Positions 15,767 through 30,216 are shown, counted from the first letter of the stretch. The stretch: 64,000 nt of DNA from Eledone cirrhosa (GCA_964016885.1 OZ024742.1:305474001-305538000), one strand, 5' to 3'. Notes: a model not told the origin generated them from the letters alone. Numbers and translations are program-made.

Positions 15767-15816
15767 GAAAGACGTAAAATAAGAAAATTTTAAAATTTTC
15801 TTATTTTACGTCTTTC
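15767..15816. repeat. Perfect 50-bp palindrome abutting (TA)n
   Basis: GAAAGACGTAAAATAAGAAAATTTT followed directly by its reverse complement. Confidence 0.9.
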
Positions 15817-15928
15817 ATATAATTGTTCTGCATCCCCCTGCATAGAACCACCTAGGTACTATGACATAACTTAGGTATTTGCTAGCATTAGTGTACATCT
15901 GTACGCATATGTTGGTAAATATACTAAT

Positions 15929-16008
<80 letters not shown>

Positions 16009-16896
16009 CGTGCGCCCCCGTAATTCTTTTTTTTTTCTCTTCTTACTCTCTCTGTTATTTCTCTTTTATTTTGTGAAGAATTACTCCGCCTGACATGTCA
16101 TAGGGACATTTATTATAGTATAAAGTAAAACGTAATTTCTAGCGTTAACAGGTGGCACAGTTAATACACTAACTAATTCCGTTGGCTATTTATTTCTATT
16201 CGTAATTTGTTATGCATTTATTTCTGCTTTTGCCGAATGACATTCACCCACTGTGTTTTGTTAACGCTTCTCCCCTCGGCTGCACAATCTGGCATTATAA
16301 TTTCAATAGCACCTTAATGCGCGAAATTGTACGGCAGCAAGGTGACTGACGTGGTAATGATACAGGTATCAGTTCGCCTTAAGTCAATGCATGCATTTTC
16401 AATTATATACGCGCACTGTGATACACTTTTAAATGTAGTTATCATGAAAAAACCGAATTCAGTCCTTCTTTAGACACAACAGGTCAACAATAGAGAAACA
16501 ATGTATTATCCTGAACAATAATATTACATTAAGGAACTTTATTTTCCTGTTATTACATTCAGATATAACAAGTAAAATTATATATAACAGCTACGCAGCC
16601 TTATTCTTGTTATATAGAGACACCGGTATTTTTACTGTAATATTAGTTTGTTGTTTTATGCATTTACAGACATTTTGGACATTTTGCTTATTGATGCGGT
16701 ATTTTGTAGTGTGGACTTGGTCCTCGAAAGTTGGCACCTAGTAACAGACGACTCCCATAAATTTATCCTAAAAACTTGCCTAAAACCTAAGACATTTATA
16801 TGAGTATATAGGGTATACATACGTATACGATCTCTCTCTATATATGTATGTATATATGTGTGTATATATATGTGTATGTGTATTTATGTATGTATG

Positions 16897-17010
16897 CGAA
16901 AATTAAACAATACAGTATTATGAAGATACATATTAGTTTAATGCCTGCTACAATAGGAAAAATGGGTTAATGTTGCGGACACTAGTCCTTCATCAAAACA
17001 GAGATTAAGA
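16897..17010 (-). mobile_element. Family F module, decayed HHR
   Basis: Reverse complement reads TTGATGA-AGGAC(tagt)GTCC-GCAACATTA...GCATTAAACTAATATGTATCTTC. Confidence 0.6.
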
Positions 17011-17125
17011 AATAATGAAGAAATAGAAAGATAGAAAGGAGTGAGAAGAGGAAGAAACGCAAAAATCTTTGTTTGAGAAATGGATATACATATATATATG
17101 AATTCACACACACATAATATATATG

Positions 17126-17255
<130 letters not shown>

Positions 17256-17356
17256 GGTTTATCTATTATTCTGAGGCTACTTTTGTATCTGCTATCATTT
17301 ACTGTTGTCTCGACGACGACTATAACACGTATTTCATTTTATTAATGCAGGTATTA

Positions 17357-17454
<98 letters not shown>

Positions 17455-17865
17455 CATATCAATATTTACATATGTATGTTATCATCAGTAAATATTTCAA
17501 TAGAAGTATATTGCCGTATCAGGATATCTAAAACTTGTGCTCGTTACCTACATTTGATTTTATTATATAATTTTCTTTCTGCCATTGTGTGGCAGCCACG
17601 TCCCTCATACGTATTAAACACTGTCAGATCCGTTAAAATTATATACATTGCTAATTAATGAATAGGGACAGGAGAAACAGCTTTTCCTTTATAGTGCTAG
17701 CAGCAATGTAAAATCTTGAAGATTTTTCTTTCTTTTGCGATTTTGTTTCTTCTTAGCAATCCTATACGATGGGGAAACAATAACACACGAAATAAAGAGA
17801 AAAGATAGAAACACTGCCACAAAATGACTACATTCATATACATACACGCATTCACACCCGTTTTC

Positions 17866-18110
17866 TTTCCCACAAATTAATACACATACATACGTGTATA
17901 TACCCACACACATTAATATATACACAGAAATGCATGCATACAGAAATCATTTCCGCAAATTAATACACATACATGCGTATATATATATATATATATACCC
18001 AGACACATTAATTTATACACACAAATGCATGCATACAGAAATCATATCCACAAGTTAATACACATATATTCGTATGCATAACTACACACATTAATAAATA
18101 CACACTGATA
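17866..18110. repeat. Three imperfect tandem copies of an approx. 80-100 bp unit
   Basis: Recurring CAAATTAATACACATA...CACATTAAT..ACAC..AAATGCATGCATACAGAAATCAT. Confidence 0.75.
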
Positions 18111-18644
18111 CATACAGCAACTTACGTCTATACATACATATATGTGCAATCAAACACTTTTAAAACACGTGCTCATTTAAAAGTATGCATTGGATTTATA
18201 TGTGTAATCATCTGTATTAAGAGCCTGGAAGTGGAATATGGTTTATAGATTACATTTATAGTGATGCATTTGCATACATATGAATTTCTATATCAATATA
18301 TATATATATATATATATAAAGTAAGTCATTGTATTACTCTAACAAGAGTTTCTGCAAAACTAAATGAAATAAACAAAACACGAGGAATGAGGAATAAAAA
18401 TAATATCTTGCTCAAGCTCCATTATTAATATTGACACAATATATATATAGTATATTTTTCATTTATACGTACATGTGTGTGTACATCATGCACGCTGTTT
18501 ACGAAAAAGTACATGAGTATGAATAAACAATGCATATTTATATAGAGAGTCGATCGACTTTCGTCAAATCGGACAGAGGAAACAATATTTCCCTTGGTCT
18601 TTCCAATTGCTAATACTATCTATCGGTCGCAACTCCAGGTAAAA

Positions 18645-18762
18645 GGTGCAACGTAAAATAAACTGTCTTGCTCAAAGACATAATGCGTCGCACGGTCCAG
18701 GAATCGAACTGGCAACCTCACGATTGCGTATCCAGTTCACTAACCAATTAGCCACGCGCCTT
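18645..18762 (-). mobile_element. tRNA-derived SINE family 2, 5' portion
   Basis: Reverse complement GGCGCGTGGCTAATTGGTTAG...GTTCGATTCCTGG...TCTTTGAGCAAGACA; matches 62460-62574. Confidence 0.75.
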
Positions 18763-20177
18763 CACTACGTATTCATTATGGGCATATTTATGTCGATATT
18801 TAACTTTTGTGTTTACGCATCTGTGTAGTCCGATGTTTATTATAGAGTTAGGAATTGTTTCTTTGTCCAAGATGATATCAGGGCTTCACTCTCTCCTTGT
18901 TTCTAAACAGACTGAATGATATGCTAACATGAACATAGGGGATTCTACAGACGGGAAGATATCTTTCCTTGTACGTGTAGCAAAATTACGCAAAACCTAG
19001 GGAATTTTATAAAAAAATAATTTTTAAATAATCCTAATAATTATTAAAGAAAAATGCCGGGAAAATATATATTGAAAAAATAATGATAATAGAAATATAT
19101 ATTAGCCAGCTTGCTAGATATTTTGACGATACAGCCAATTTCTTCTAGAAGAGGTAAGAAAGGGATAGAGGGAGTGAGACAGAGAAAAATCAATCCCAGT
19201 GGACTGGTACTGTTTTTTTTTTATAGCACTCAAAGAGATGAAACGCAAAGATGACATTGGCAGAATTTGAACATTGGCAGTATCGCTAGTCTTCACGATT
19301 TATGTGAATGTTAATGTATGCGCTGAGGCTGCCTACAACGTATTCAAATATTTTACTATTTCCATAGCAAGTGTTAGGTCTGATCCTTTCAATAGAGATT
19401 AGTTTCTCCATCTGGCACCTCGTGGAGATAGGAATATTGCCAAGCTGCTGCTGCTGTTGATCTGATTGCAACTGCTGCTAGTGATGCTGCCGTTGGTAGT
19501 GGGAGTAGTAGTGAAGTGTCTATGCTGTTTCCATGTGTACGTTACTGTTGTCATATTTGCATTGTTTCTATATTGGCTTACTTACGCCTCATAGGCATCG
19601 GAAAGAGTTTCCGACAGGGTTCGGTGTTCTGGTGGCTGGCTGACTGCTCCCCACTACATTCACTTTTATTTTCCAAGCTACCACTCAGTGCCACCACCTC
19701 CAGCACTAATACATGCCACCACTATTCACCACCAGCACTCATCTCCACAGCCATTATACCAGTAAGTCTGCAACTGTCAAATTGTCAATGGCAGTCACAT
19801 TAGCTTTCGCCGGAATTCACTGGCAAAAAGATGTAACAACTGCGAATCGATGGTGAGAAGGATGTGGAAAGTGAAAGTAAGATGTTTGGATGTGTGCGTG
19901 TATGTGTGGGGTCGGTGAGTGGCGTATAAATGTGCATGTATACGTTGCAGAGTGTTTTATGTTCTTGTATGCGCGCGTATGGGAGTTCCTGTGTAGTATG
20001 TTATCAGGTATATTTTGTATGTGTCAATATACATGAATAGATGTATGTGTACTTTTGGTGTATCAAAATATGTGTATGCAATGTGAATGTGGTAGGTCGG
20101 TTTATAAATACATTTCTGGGTTTCTTTGTATTCTCAAATTGTTTGTCTGTCTATTTGTGTGTGTATATATATCTATA

Positions 20178-20230
<53 letters not shown>

Positions 20231-20361
20231 TGTGTACGTACACGTGCTCTTCCGTGCTGAACTCATTGTATTTGTGTGTTTGCTTATAACTATATCTGCT
20301 CTGTTGCTTAGTAGCTACACATTATTCCACTGTCATTTTGTAATCAGTGTATGCACGTCTC

Positions 20362-20431
<70 letters not shown>

Positions 20432-21523
20432 GTTAGTGTATGAGATTTTAAGTTAGTGTATGAGTTAGTGTATGAGTTAGTGTATGAGATTGTACAGATA
20501 TGTATATGCTTCCACTCTATGTATCGTGTGTATGAACGACTGTGTGTTTGTGTCTGTGCATTTATGAGTGTGTGTACATGTACATATGTATATCATAATG
20601 GTTAGTTGGTTGGTGGAACGGGTGGATTACTATTTGGATCGTTGACGCATGGATAGAGAAATAGATTGTAAGATAGATAGATGTATCGTTGTATAGATTC
20701 ATTGGAGGATGGATGGATGAGTAGATATATGGATATTTGATGCATAGATAGATAGGACATGGATATAGTGGAAAGTTTGATATGTAGATGAATGGGTGGA
20801 TGCATGGAAGTTAGCCTGAATGGAAGAATAACGGTTGAAGCAGGGAAGAGGTGTTCTTGGGGGTGATTATAGGAGGGCATTGTCATATGAGGATAATGGC
20901 GGTCGACAAAGTGGCCGCACAATAGTATTAATCTGTTAGGCTAATACCGGTTAAAGCTGTCACATTGTTCCTGAGTGCTTCTGCTGTGACATCCACGAAT
21001 TCAATGTACGATGGTTGCAGTATTTCACATACAACTTCAGGAAAATTAGTTATCTTTGTATCAGCTTTCCTCTTCTCTTGTACAGATACTCATTTAAACA
21101 CACGCACGAATATACACACACACATAGACCCACACATACGCGCACCCATATATACACAGAACCACCTAAACACTAACACACACACACAGAAACACACATA
21201 CACACAACGTACATAAATAAACACATAGCATAAATGTACCATGTATCTGCGAAAACTTTCAGATTTTAGAAAATGTAAAAAGCTGTTTTAATTCTGGGAG
21301 ACTGAATGTAAACGTATACACACACAATTACACAAACGCAGGCATATGTATACATACATACACTCACGCATACATAAGTTTGTACGTACATACACCCCTA
21401 TTGATACACACACGTATGTATGATATATATATATACACAGACATACACAAGCGTTAAACTAATATATATCTTCCATGTATTGTGCCTTTTGTTTTGTTAA
21501 TTTTGTTATTAAACTTGCACACT

Positions 21524-21616
<93 letters not shown>

Positions 21617-21617
<1 letters not shown>

Positions 21618-21845
21618 AATAATTACGACTGCGACATAAACAGGTACTCAAGATACGTTGGGTTCTAGGCTCCAATTCATTCAGCCTGTCATGAGAAAAT
21701 GTTTATCATAATGAATGAATTGGGGCCCAGAACCCAAGAAACTTGAGTACCTGTTTATGTCACTATTGTAATTATTTAAACTAATCTCGTCCTATGGACT
21801 GAGTGCTCTTACTCTTGGATATTTCCACTTAAGTTTTACTTCAGT
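21617..21845. mobile_element. Fold-back module: approx. 66-bp imperfect arms (21617-21683 / 21712-21777) plus tail, between (TA)n tracts
   Basis: GACATAAACAGGTACTCAAG / CTTGAGTACCTGTTTATGTC; tail ATGGACTGAGTGCTCT also occurs at 60517-60532. Confidence 0.7.
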
Positions 21846-21915
<70 letters not shown>

Positions 21916-21955
21916 CAAAATACTCTTCACATTTATCATTATTACTATATATATG

Positions 21956-22011
<56 letters not shown>

Positions 22012-22711
22012 TGTGTCTATGTATCCATGACTGTATGTATCCGTGGGTGTATACATATATATATATATATATATGACTGTGTAACCATACAAATGCCATA
22101 AACGTAGCCGTATATGAGACACAAGACCATAAAGAGCATGTTAATCTGTGGAGCTTAGCAGGTAGATATAGAAATATACAAGAGTTTGATGTGCAACGGT
22201 CGAAAGATGTCGGAGAAGAAATCAACATTACACACAAAATAACTGCAACACTTAAAGATATCGTCTTAACAACATGTTGGCTGATATTACTGTTGGTTAC
22301 GTTGCTGTTGTTGGTGTTGTTGGTGTTGTCATTGTTAGTAATGGTAGTCGTGTTGATGTTGTTGTTGTTGGTTTTGGTGGTGAAGTTACCGATAGATCTG
22401 CTTCAATTGATGATGGATGCAAATGGAAATATCTTAGACACCTTGAAACTGGAATTTCCGGTAGAAGGAGCCAGTGTTATTGACTAGTCAATAAGTCAGT
22501 CATATGGCCTCCTTGCTTCACACTGAAAATATGCAACCATTGGTATTAAACCACCGGTTGTAGGCAATATACTTGACATTATATTTGTAAATGTGTGTAT
22601 ATATATATGAGCCCGTATATATAAATATTATGTGTATGTCGGTATTAGATGGTACTATATTTGGAGACATGCATCAGTGTATAAGTCCATATATCCATTT
22701 CCACATGTCAA

Positions 22712-22751
<40 letters not shown>

Positions 22752-23291
22752 AAAAACATGAGAAGAAAGAAGAATACTGCGTGGTTGCACATGGGTTACA
22801 TATGATAAACATAGTCCTTCGTCAGTGATTTTCCAACCATCATTGGTATTTCATCGCATTAAAAATCATATACCTCAGGTTGGTGCGAGCAATAACTAAA
22901 AAAAGTTATTGGGACCAGTAAATCGCGTAAAGCGAGGGGGACAAGTGAACAACATAGAAGGATAAAAGCAAACCAAAGAAAGGAAAAAAAACAAGCAACA
23001 TGGTAGTCCTGGTCAGCATAATCTGGGTGGATTTCATGAGCGAAAGGTACAGACGTCCGACGTGAGTGAGATGTAAGCAAGAAGAGACCAACTGTAAGCC
23101 AAACGGCAGGAAGTGAGAAGGGGGAAACAGAGAGTGAATGAGTGGAAGTGCGAGGAAGCGGTCAGTCGAGAGAAAGTGTAACTGACAGAGGGGGCGAAAG
23201 AAGGTGAGAGAAACAGAGAGAACGGGGAAGCAGTAAGAGAGAAACAGACAAACGCAGCCGAGGTAAATATATATAAAAAACATATATATAA

Positions 23292-23599
23292 ATTAATAAA
23301 AGGAATTCCAACTTTGTCTGATTTACTCGTTTTATTTACAATCCTTTAAAATTATAATGATATTATAATGAAATAGTATGGTAGAATATTAAATGTTAAG
23401 TGGTGACAGTCAAGCTTGCAATTGCAAACTTGACTGTCACCACTGAATATGACCCTGAAGATTGCGAAACCATGAAAGTAGTTGTTCAATTAACACTTAA
23501 CATTTAATATTCTACCATACTATTTCATTATAATATCATTATAATTTTAACGGGTTGTAAATAAAACGAGTAAATCAGACAAAGTTGGAATTACTTTTA

Positions 23600-23604
<5 letters not shown>
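23292..23604 (+). mobile_element. Family B PLE-terminus-like module with inverted 3' arm and HHR motif near 23450-23488
   Basis: Arms 23292-23402 / 23493-23604, internal hairpin 23400-23442, CTGAAGA-TTGC(gaaa)CCAT-GAAAG; linear copy at 53826-54012. Confidence 0.8.
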
Positions 23605-23667
<63 letters not shown>

Positions 23668-23774
23668 CACCAGACACACACACACACACACACACACATC
23701 ATTATCATCATCACCGTTTATGTCCATTTTTCCACGCTAGCATGGATATATATGTATATATATGTATATATATG

Positions 23775-23823
<49 letters not shown>

Positions 23824-23828
<5 letters not shown>

Positions 23829-23946
23829 AACGAGTAGGACTCCGACGGCTAACAGCTTGAGCTCAGCCGTCGGGGTCCTACTCATTCCTATTACCCACTC
23901 TACTACCCTAAGTATTGAGTACTTTGGTGCGTTATGGTCCACCTGG
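23824..23946 (+). mobile_element. Family D fold-back module
   Basis: Arms 23824-23850 / 23865-23891 plus a tail shared with 61067-61250. Confidence 0.8.
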
Positions 23947-24036
23947 CCATGCTAGCGTCAAAAAATGGACATAAAACATGATGATAATGATGTGTGTGTG
24001 TGTGTGTGTGTGTGTGTCTGGTGTATGTGTCTGGTG

Positions 24037-24069
<33 letters not shown>

Positions 24070-24196
24070 TAATAAAAGGAATTCCAACTTTGTCTGATTT
24101 ACTCGTTTTATTTAAAACCCTTTAAAATTATAATGATATTATAATGAAATAGTATGGTAGAATATTAAATGTTATATATATACATATATATGTATA

Positions 24197-24313
<117 letters not shown>

Positions 24314-24338
24314 GTATATATATGTATATATATGTATA

Positions 24339-24417
<79 letters not shown>

Positions 24418-24420
<3 letters not shown>

Positions 24421-24860
24421 TGTTATGCTTTGGGAGGGTGATGTTGCCAATAAGAAACACACGCACCAGTTGCTTTCAGTCCAATTTATTATAAATTAAA
24501 TTTATAAATTTAAGAATTTATAAATTTCCGGTTGGTTGGTAGGTTGGTTGGTTCCATAACCGGACGGTTGTTCATATATATTGTCAAAGTTCTTTCGTCA
24601 CACATTCTGTCACCTCTTCAGTGACGAAAGAACTTTGTGTGACGAAAGAACTTTGACAATATATGAACAACCGTCCGGTTATGGAACCAACCAGCCAACC
24701 GGAAATTTATAAATTCTTAAATTTATAATAAATTGGAGTGAAAGCAACTGGTGCGTGTGTTTCTTATTGGCAACATGACCCTTCCAAAGCATAACAATAT
24801 CGGTTTCAACACACGTTTTCAGATAAAGAACCTTGCTAAACAAATTCAGAAACGGAATAT
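24418..24860. mobile_element. Family A inverted dimer
   Basis: 24418-24625 (-) joined to about 24637-24860 (+), with a short GTGACGAAAGAACTTTG duplication at the junction. Confidence 0.85.
24583..24625 (-). ncRNA. Minimal hammerhead motif (family A)
   Basis: Reverse complement GTCA-CTGAAGA-GGTGACA(gaatg)TGTGAC-GAAAG(aa)CTT-TGAC; one mismatch in helix II. Confidence 0.7.
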
Positions 24861-24862
24861 GA

Positions 24863-24887
<25 letters not shown>

Positions 24888-24893
<6 letters not shown>

Positions 24894-26114
24894 TAACAGA
24901 TTAAAGTTTAAGCAAAGAATCGCTGCTTCCACCCTTAACGGGATCTTCTGAAACTAACAAAGTCAATCTGTAAACGCAGAAGTGGATATTTCAAAAAACG
25001 TTGCAGCCGGAGGAAGAAAGGAAGACGATACTTTGGTTCGTGGAAACGTTCCCTGGCAAAGAACGGGAAAAAACGAATATAATACGTCAGTATTTGGAGC
25101 GGTGAAAAACAATTACACGCAAAGACAGAACCACGTTTATGGTATAAAAGAAGTTGTAGACTAATATTCTCTTAGGTGGTTCATAGAGACGTTCTCTGGC
25201 AATGAACGGAGAAAACGAAGATAATACGTCATGTGTGGAGCGTGGAGAACAATTGCACGCAAAGACAAAACCACATAAATGGTATAACTGAAGTTGTAGA
25301 CTAAAATTCTAACTAGGAAACCGAATGTTTCTCCGCATCAGAGTTAAGTATAAAGTAAATAAAATAAATAAAATACAAAGGTAATTGAAATTAAATAAAT
25401 ACATACACGCATCCAAATGCGTACATACACAAGCATACGTGAAAATACTCGCCATAGGTATACAAAAACACGCACATATAAATATTTGTGTGTGTGTGTG
25501 CGTGTATACAAATAATTAAATAAACGTATATAAATAAATAAATAGTATATAACAAGCGCACACACATACCTACATGTAAATACACAAATGTTCGGAGACG
25601 TACGTCAACCAAAACACGAAGTACACATATACACACACCCTACATACGTACGAACCCGTATACTCACACAGACGCAAAACACACGTATACACATAACCAA
25701 AAGCATATGTATCAGAATATATAAAAATATACGCCATAACATATACAATCAAATATACGTACGAGAAAGTATACGTACGAGAAAGTATACGTACCTTCAC
25801 AAAACATACAGGTAATATATACTTACCTATGCAAATAAGTGACGGTATAAACATAACATATACTTAGCTCCCACATCAAGACGTAAAATATCCGCGTATT
25901 GATCGTACTATCTGTTAGGGTATAATGTGGGGCTGTAATACAGGAAAGTTTTGTGCAATTTATGTTTACAAGCCGAAATTGCCTCAGATTTTTTTTTTAA
26001 GATGTGGTCTGTGGCGTAGAGTATTTCCAGGGCCTCAGCGGCGCAGAGGTCAGATGGTCTTTTGTTTCCGTTATACGATCTAGCCCTAGATAGGATCTCC
26101 CAGTGTAACAGTCC
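24888..26114 (-). mobile_element. PLE 3' fragment (Hydra-type endonuclease C-terminus, long 3' UTR, family C terminus)
   Basis: Frame 26114-25908 reads GLLHWEILSRARSYNGNKRPSDLCAAEALEILYATDHILKKKSEAISACKHK, matching the recalled PLE pattern W.IL.RA..Y....C.LC..E...I......LN..SE....C.H; ends in a CAGAAGA HHR-like fold and (TA)n. Confidence 0.75.
25062..25310. repeat. Approx. 140-bp-period diverged tandem duplication in the PLE 3' UTR
   Basis: ATAATACGTCA..TGGAGCG..AACAATT.CACGCAAAGACA.AACCAC..ATGGTATAA..GAAGTTGTAGACTAA.ATTCT occurs twice. Confidence 0.8.
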
Positions 26115-26447
26115 TTATATATTTGATATATATTTATCCTTATCGGGCCCTCTTAGGATTTTAGTCTTCAAATTTATTATTATTACTATATATATATATA
26201 TATATATATTAATTCAAAATATTAACAAAATAGATATTCCTGTGATCAATATATTTTATTATACATATGTCAGAGGTACTGAGTTAACTTCAACAGTACG
26301 TCCTCATCACATAAAATAAGATGATGCATGGCATACCCTGACATAGTAGATGGTTAAAATTCAGTCATGGTAGTGAGTAATATATAATTCCAATCTATTG
26401 TAAAACTCATTCTCTGATTTATTCATTGAACCTTGTTTAACCTTTAA

Positions 26448-26479
<32 letters not shown>

Positions 26480-27119
26480 AGTATGTGTTTCTGAGCGTGT
26501 ATACACTCGTGTGCATAAATGCATTGTAGGGAGTTAAGCTGATATATGTCACAATGTAATATTCGATGCACAATATATGGAAAGAAAAAAATCACTGGAA
26601 AACGGTATTTCTATCACTGGAAAGGTTTTCGTTATTGGCTAACATTTTCCGAGTTGACCTCTAAACAATATTCTCAACAATTGAACATTAATTCATTACA
26701 GAAAACTCTGTATTTATTTACCCACTTTCGTTTCTTGTTTAGTCGTCAAAACTCACTTCCTTTACTACTACCGAGATAATTTCCCTTTACTCAACTGAGA
26801 TTCGTTTATTACTTAATCTTAATTATCGTTAGACTACAAAGTTCAACTGTTATAAATATTTTAAGCTTAATTCCCTGTAAAATCTTCATTTATACTTACA
26901 TTTCTAACAAGTTCTATATTTAATGACTACAATATAATTCAGAGATATGCAGTGGATGAAAAACGGTTGAATGGCTGTAAATATGACATTTGTCTCTAAT
27001 TAAACTGTTGATCTCAATATATGGCATTCTAATTAAAATTGTGGTTTGATCTTCCAACTCACAAGTACTATTATAATACACATAGGCATACACATACCCA
27101 TACGTCCATATCGTGTGTT

Positions 27120-27212
<93 letters not shown>

Positions 27213-27297
27213 TACAGAGTGTCCCCCCAAAATGTATACACAATTCTAATAATTATAGCCCGTACAGGTAATCAAAGTGTCTATACATTTTTTTGCA
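27213..27297. mobile_element. Possible Tc1/mariner-type MITE remnant
   Basis: TA-CAGAGTGTCCCCCCAAAATGTATACAC with inverted partner GTGTCTATACATTTTTTG; right end lost in (TA)n. Confidence 0.45.
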
Positions 27298-27316
27298 TAT
27301 ATATATATATATATGC

Positions 27317-27349
<33 letters not shown>

Positions 27350-27598
27350 CGTGTGTATGCCTTCTACCTGGTCAGCAGAGGGCTTTTTGTGGGAAACTAT
27401 CTTTATATGTTTCTTTCAGTTTGTATGGAACGGACTGGGGTGGAGGAAAGAGACGATAATGAATTCACAGGACATAAAATTACTTGGCATTGTTTTCTAT
27501 CTGCTATTGTTGGGATATTGAGCTGATATTACTTGGCACTTGCTTAAGGACTTTATATATATAAATATATATATATAAATATATATATATATAAATAT

Positions 27599-27677
<79 letters not shown>

Positions 27678-27690
27678 ATCGTATATACTG

Positions 27691-27750
<60 letters not shown>

Positions 27751-27795
27751 ATATATATATATATGATATATATATAATATATATATGATAAGTAT

Positions 27796-27884
<89 letters not shown>

Positions 27885-28524
27885 CAGTAACTCATTTGTC
27901 CCCAGTTCACATCTGTTCAGTCAGTCGTGATATGTTCAAAGGATATTACATTCGTGAACATCTGATCATATTTTATTTATGGACACAATGCATCCATCTA
28001 GGAAGACATTGACCATTGTAATGTATATTTCCCTTCTTAAGAGAGTACGTTTCAATTTGAAATAGATTTGGTTGTTATTTCTAGTACGGTGAGACAACAC
28101 AGCTCTTACCTATAAGGCCCCTATGTGTTTTCCGACTTTTCATTATTATACATAAAACACATATCTGGTAAAATAAACATCTTCGCGTCAATCTGTGTTC
28201 TGATTTCTCCAACGTTTAAGAAGCCAGTGATTTCTCTACCATCTATTTATCGTTTCCTTGGAGAATGAACATATAGACCATTTAATTATTGATATAATTC
28301 TGTATTCTGAATATCGCAGGTGATTATTCTATTCAATCATGGTTCATTTGAGGATAAACAATAGCATCAATAATAATAAACACGATGGGATACATACCTA
28401 GTAGCTTAATCTGTTAGAAAGAACACCCACAATTCTCTAAAATCCCGAACTATCATTTTAAAAGTATCTCTTATTGGATAATATTCCTAGATAAACTAGA
28501 TGGTCACAGTTGGAAGACGTTTGA

Positions 28525-28962
28525 TCATAAGGCGTTTGAATCAAGTATAACATTGGGAATAACAAAAACAATTACAAGATTCGGAACATCCATCATAACC
28601 ATAGGAAATTTGACAGCAAGTGGAATGTAATGGAACTCGTCGGTTTCAGCTAGGATTGTTCCATTTGTACGCTTAACAAAACAGCTTTGTGATTGAACAA
28701 GAGATCTTATGATTGCAAAGCGAATTTCTTTACCATTCGGCCATGCTACGTTAAATGACAAGTAGTATTCATTGTTATGGTGGTCATATTTAGGATGTAA
28801 AACAGCCATGATATTCGATTTTCTTTGGCCTGGCCAGATATATTCATACGGAGTAGCAACCGTACTTGTGAGAAGATATCGAGTCAAAAACGGCAGGAGT
28901 CGTAGAATGCTTAGGCATAGAAGTACATTGAAAGATCTACATAGGGGTAATGAAGACTGAAT
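28525..28962 (-). CDS. Candidate orphan coding exon (145 open codons, unknown product)
   Basis: Stop-to-stop frame in unique sequence; hydrophobic N-terminal stretch VLLCLSILRLLPFL; candidate AG acceptors at 28957-28958 and 28937-28938. No recognised domain. Confidence 0.3.
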   Translation of the reverse strand: MQSSLPLCRSFNVLLCLSILRLLPFLTRYLLTSTVATPYEYIWPGQRKSNIMAVLHPKYDHHNNEYYLSFNVAWPNGKEIRFAIIRSLVQSQSCFVKRTNGTILAETDEFHYIPLAVKFPMVMMDVPNLVIVFVIPNVILDSNAL

Positions 28963-29075
28963 TTAACATTCAATAGGTGTTATTTACATGTGTGCGTGTG
29001 GGAGAAGGAACTTTTTTGTTATAATCTGAATAAAAAGATTTTAGCTTTAGAAATAGTGTATATATATATATATAA

Positions 29076-29281
<206 letters not shown>

Positions 29282-29784
29282 CTTGCATGGTGACTTTACA
29301 ATGCCTGCAGGTGAATAGAGAAACATTCTGATTCCTTTCGTACTGATGTTATCGAATACATACAGACAAATGCATACACACGTACATACATACATACGCA
29401 CACACACACATATATATATATATATTTATATATATATATGCACACGCATATAAAAAGTACATTTCTAGTGCAAGACTCACGCGCGCAAACACACACACAG
29501 ACACACAAACATATATATATATATATATAATTGGGAGTAGATACAAACCCAGAGAAAAGCATTGCCGGACGCTAAACAAGCAGAAGAAAATGTTTAGTAA
29601 TGACATATGCCCTGGGGACTCACGAGTGTATGGCAGGGGTCGGGGCATCCAATGAATGTCTCTTACTGTTACACCATCTAGCTGCAATTATAGACTATAT
29701 GAACATGTCTCAACTAACTTTAATAATAAGGTAGCTGTAGTGAAATACACACATACAATTACATGTACATATACATATGTTCGC

Positions 29785-29866
<82 letters not shown>

Positions 29867-29953
29867 TATATATGTGTGTATAGATAGATAGATAGATAGA
29901 TATAAACATATGTGTGTGTGTATTTATACAATATGTAAAAACATACACACATA

Positions 29954-30034
<81 letters not shown>

Positions 30035-30065
30035 GCACACGCATACACTCGCATATATATACATT

Positions 30066-30134
<69 letters not shown>

Positions 30135-30159
30135 GCATATTTATATATATATACATACA

Positions 30160-30216
<57 letters not shown>

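Noticed and set aside
22745-22835. Minus-strand CTGACGAAGGACTATGT, resembling family F
   Set aside because: Second half of the fold is missing.
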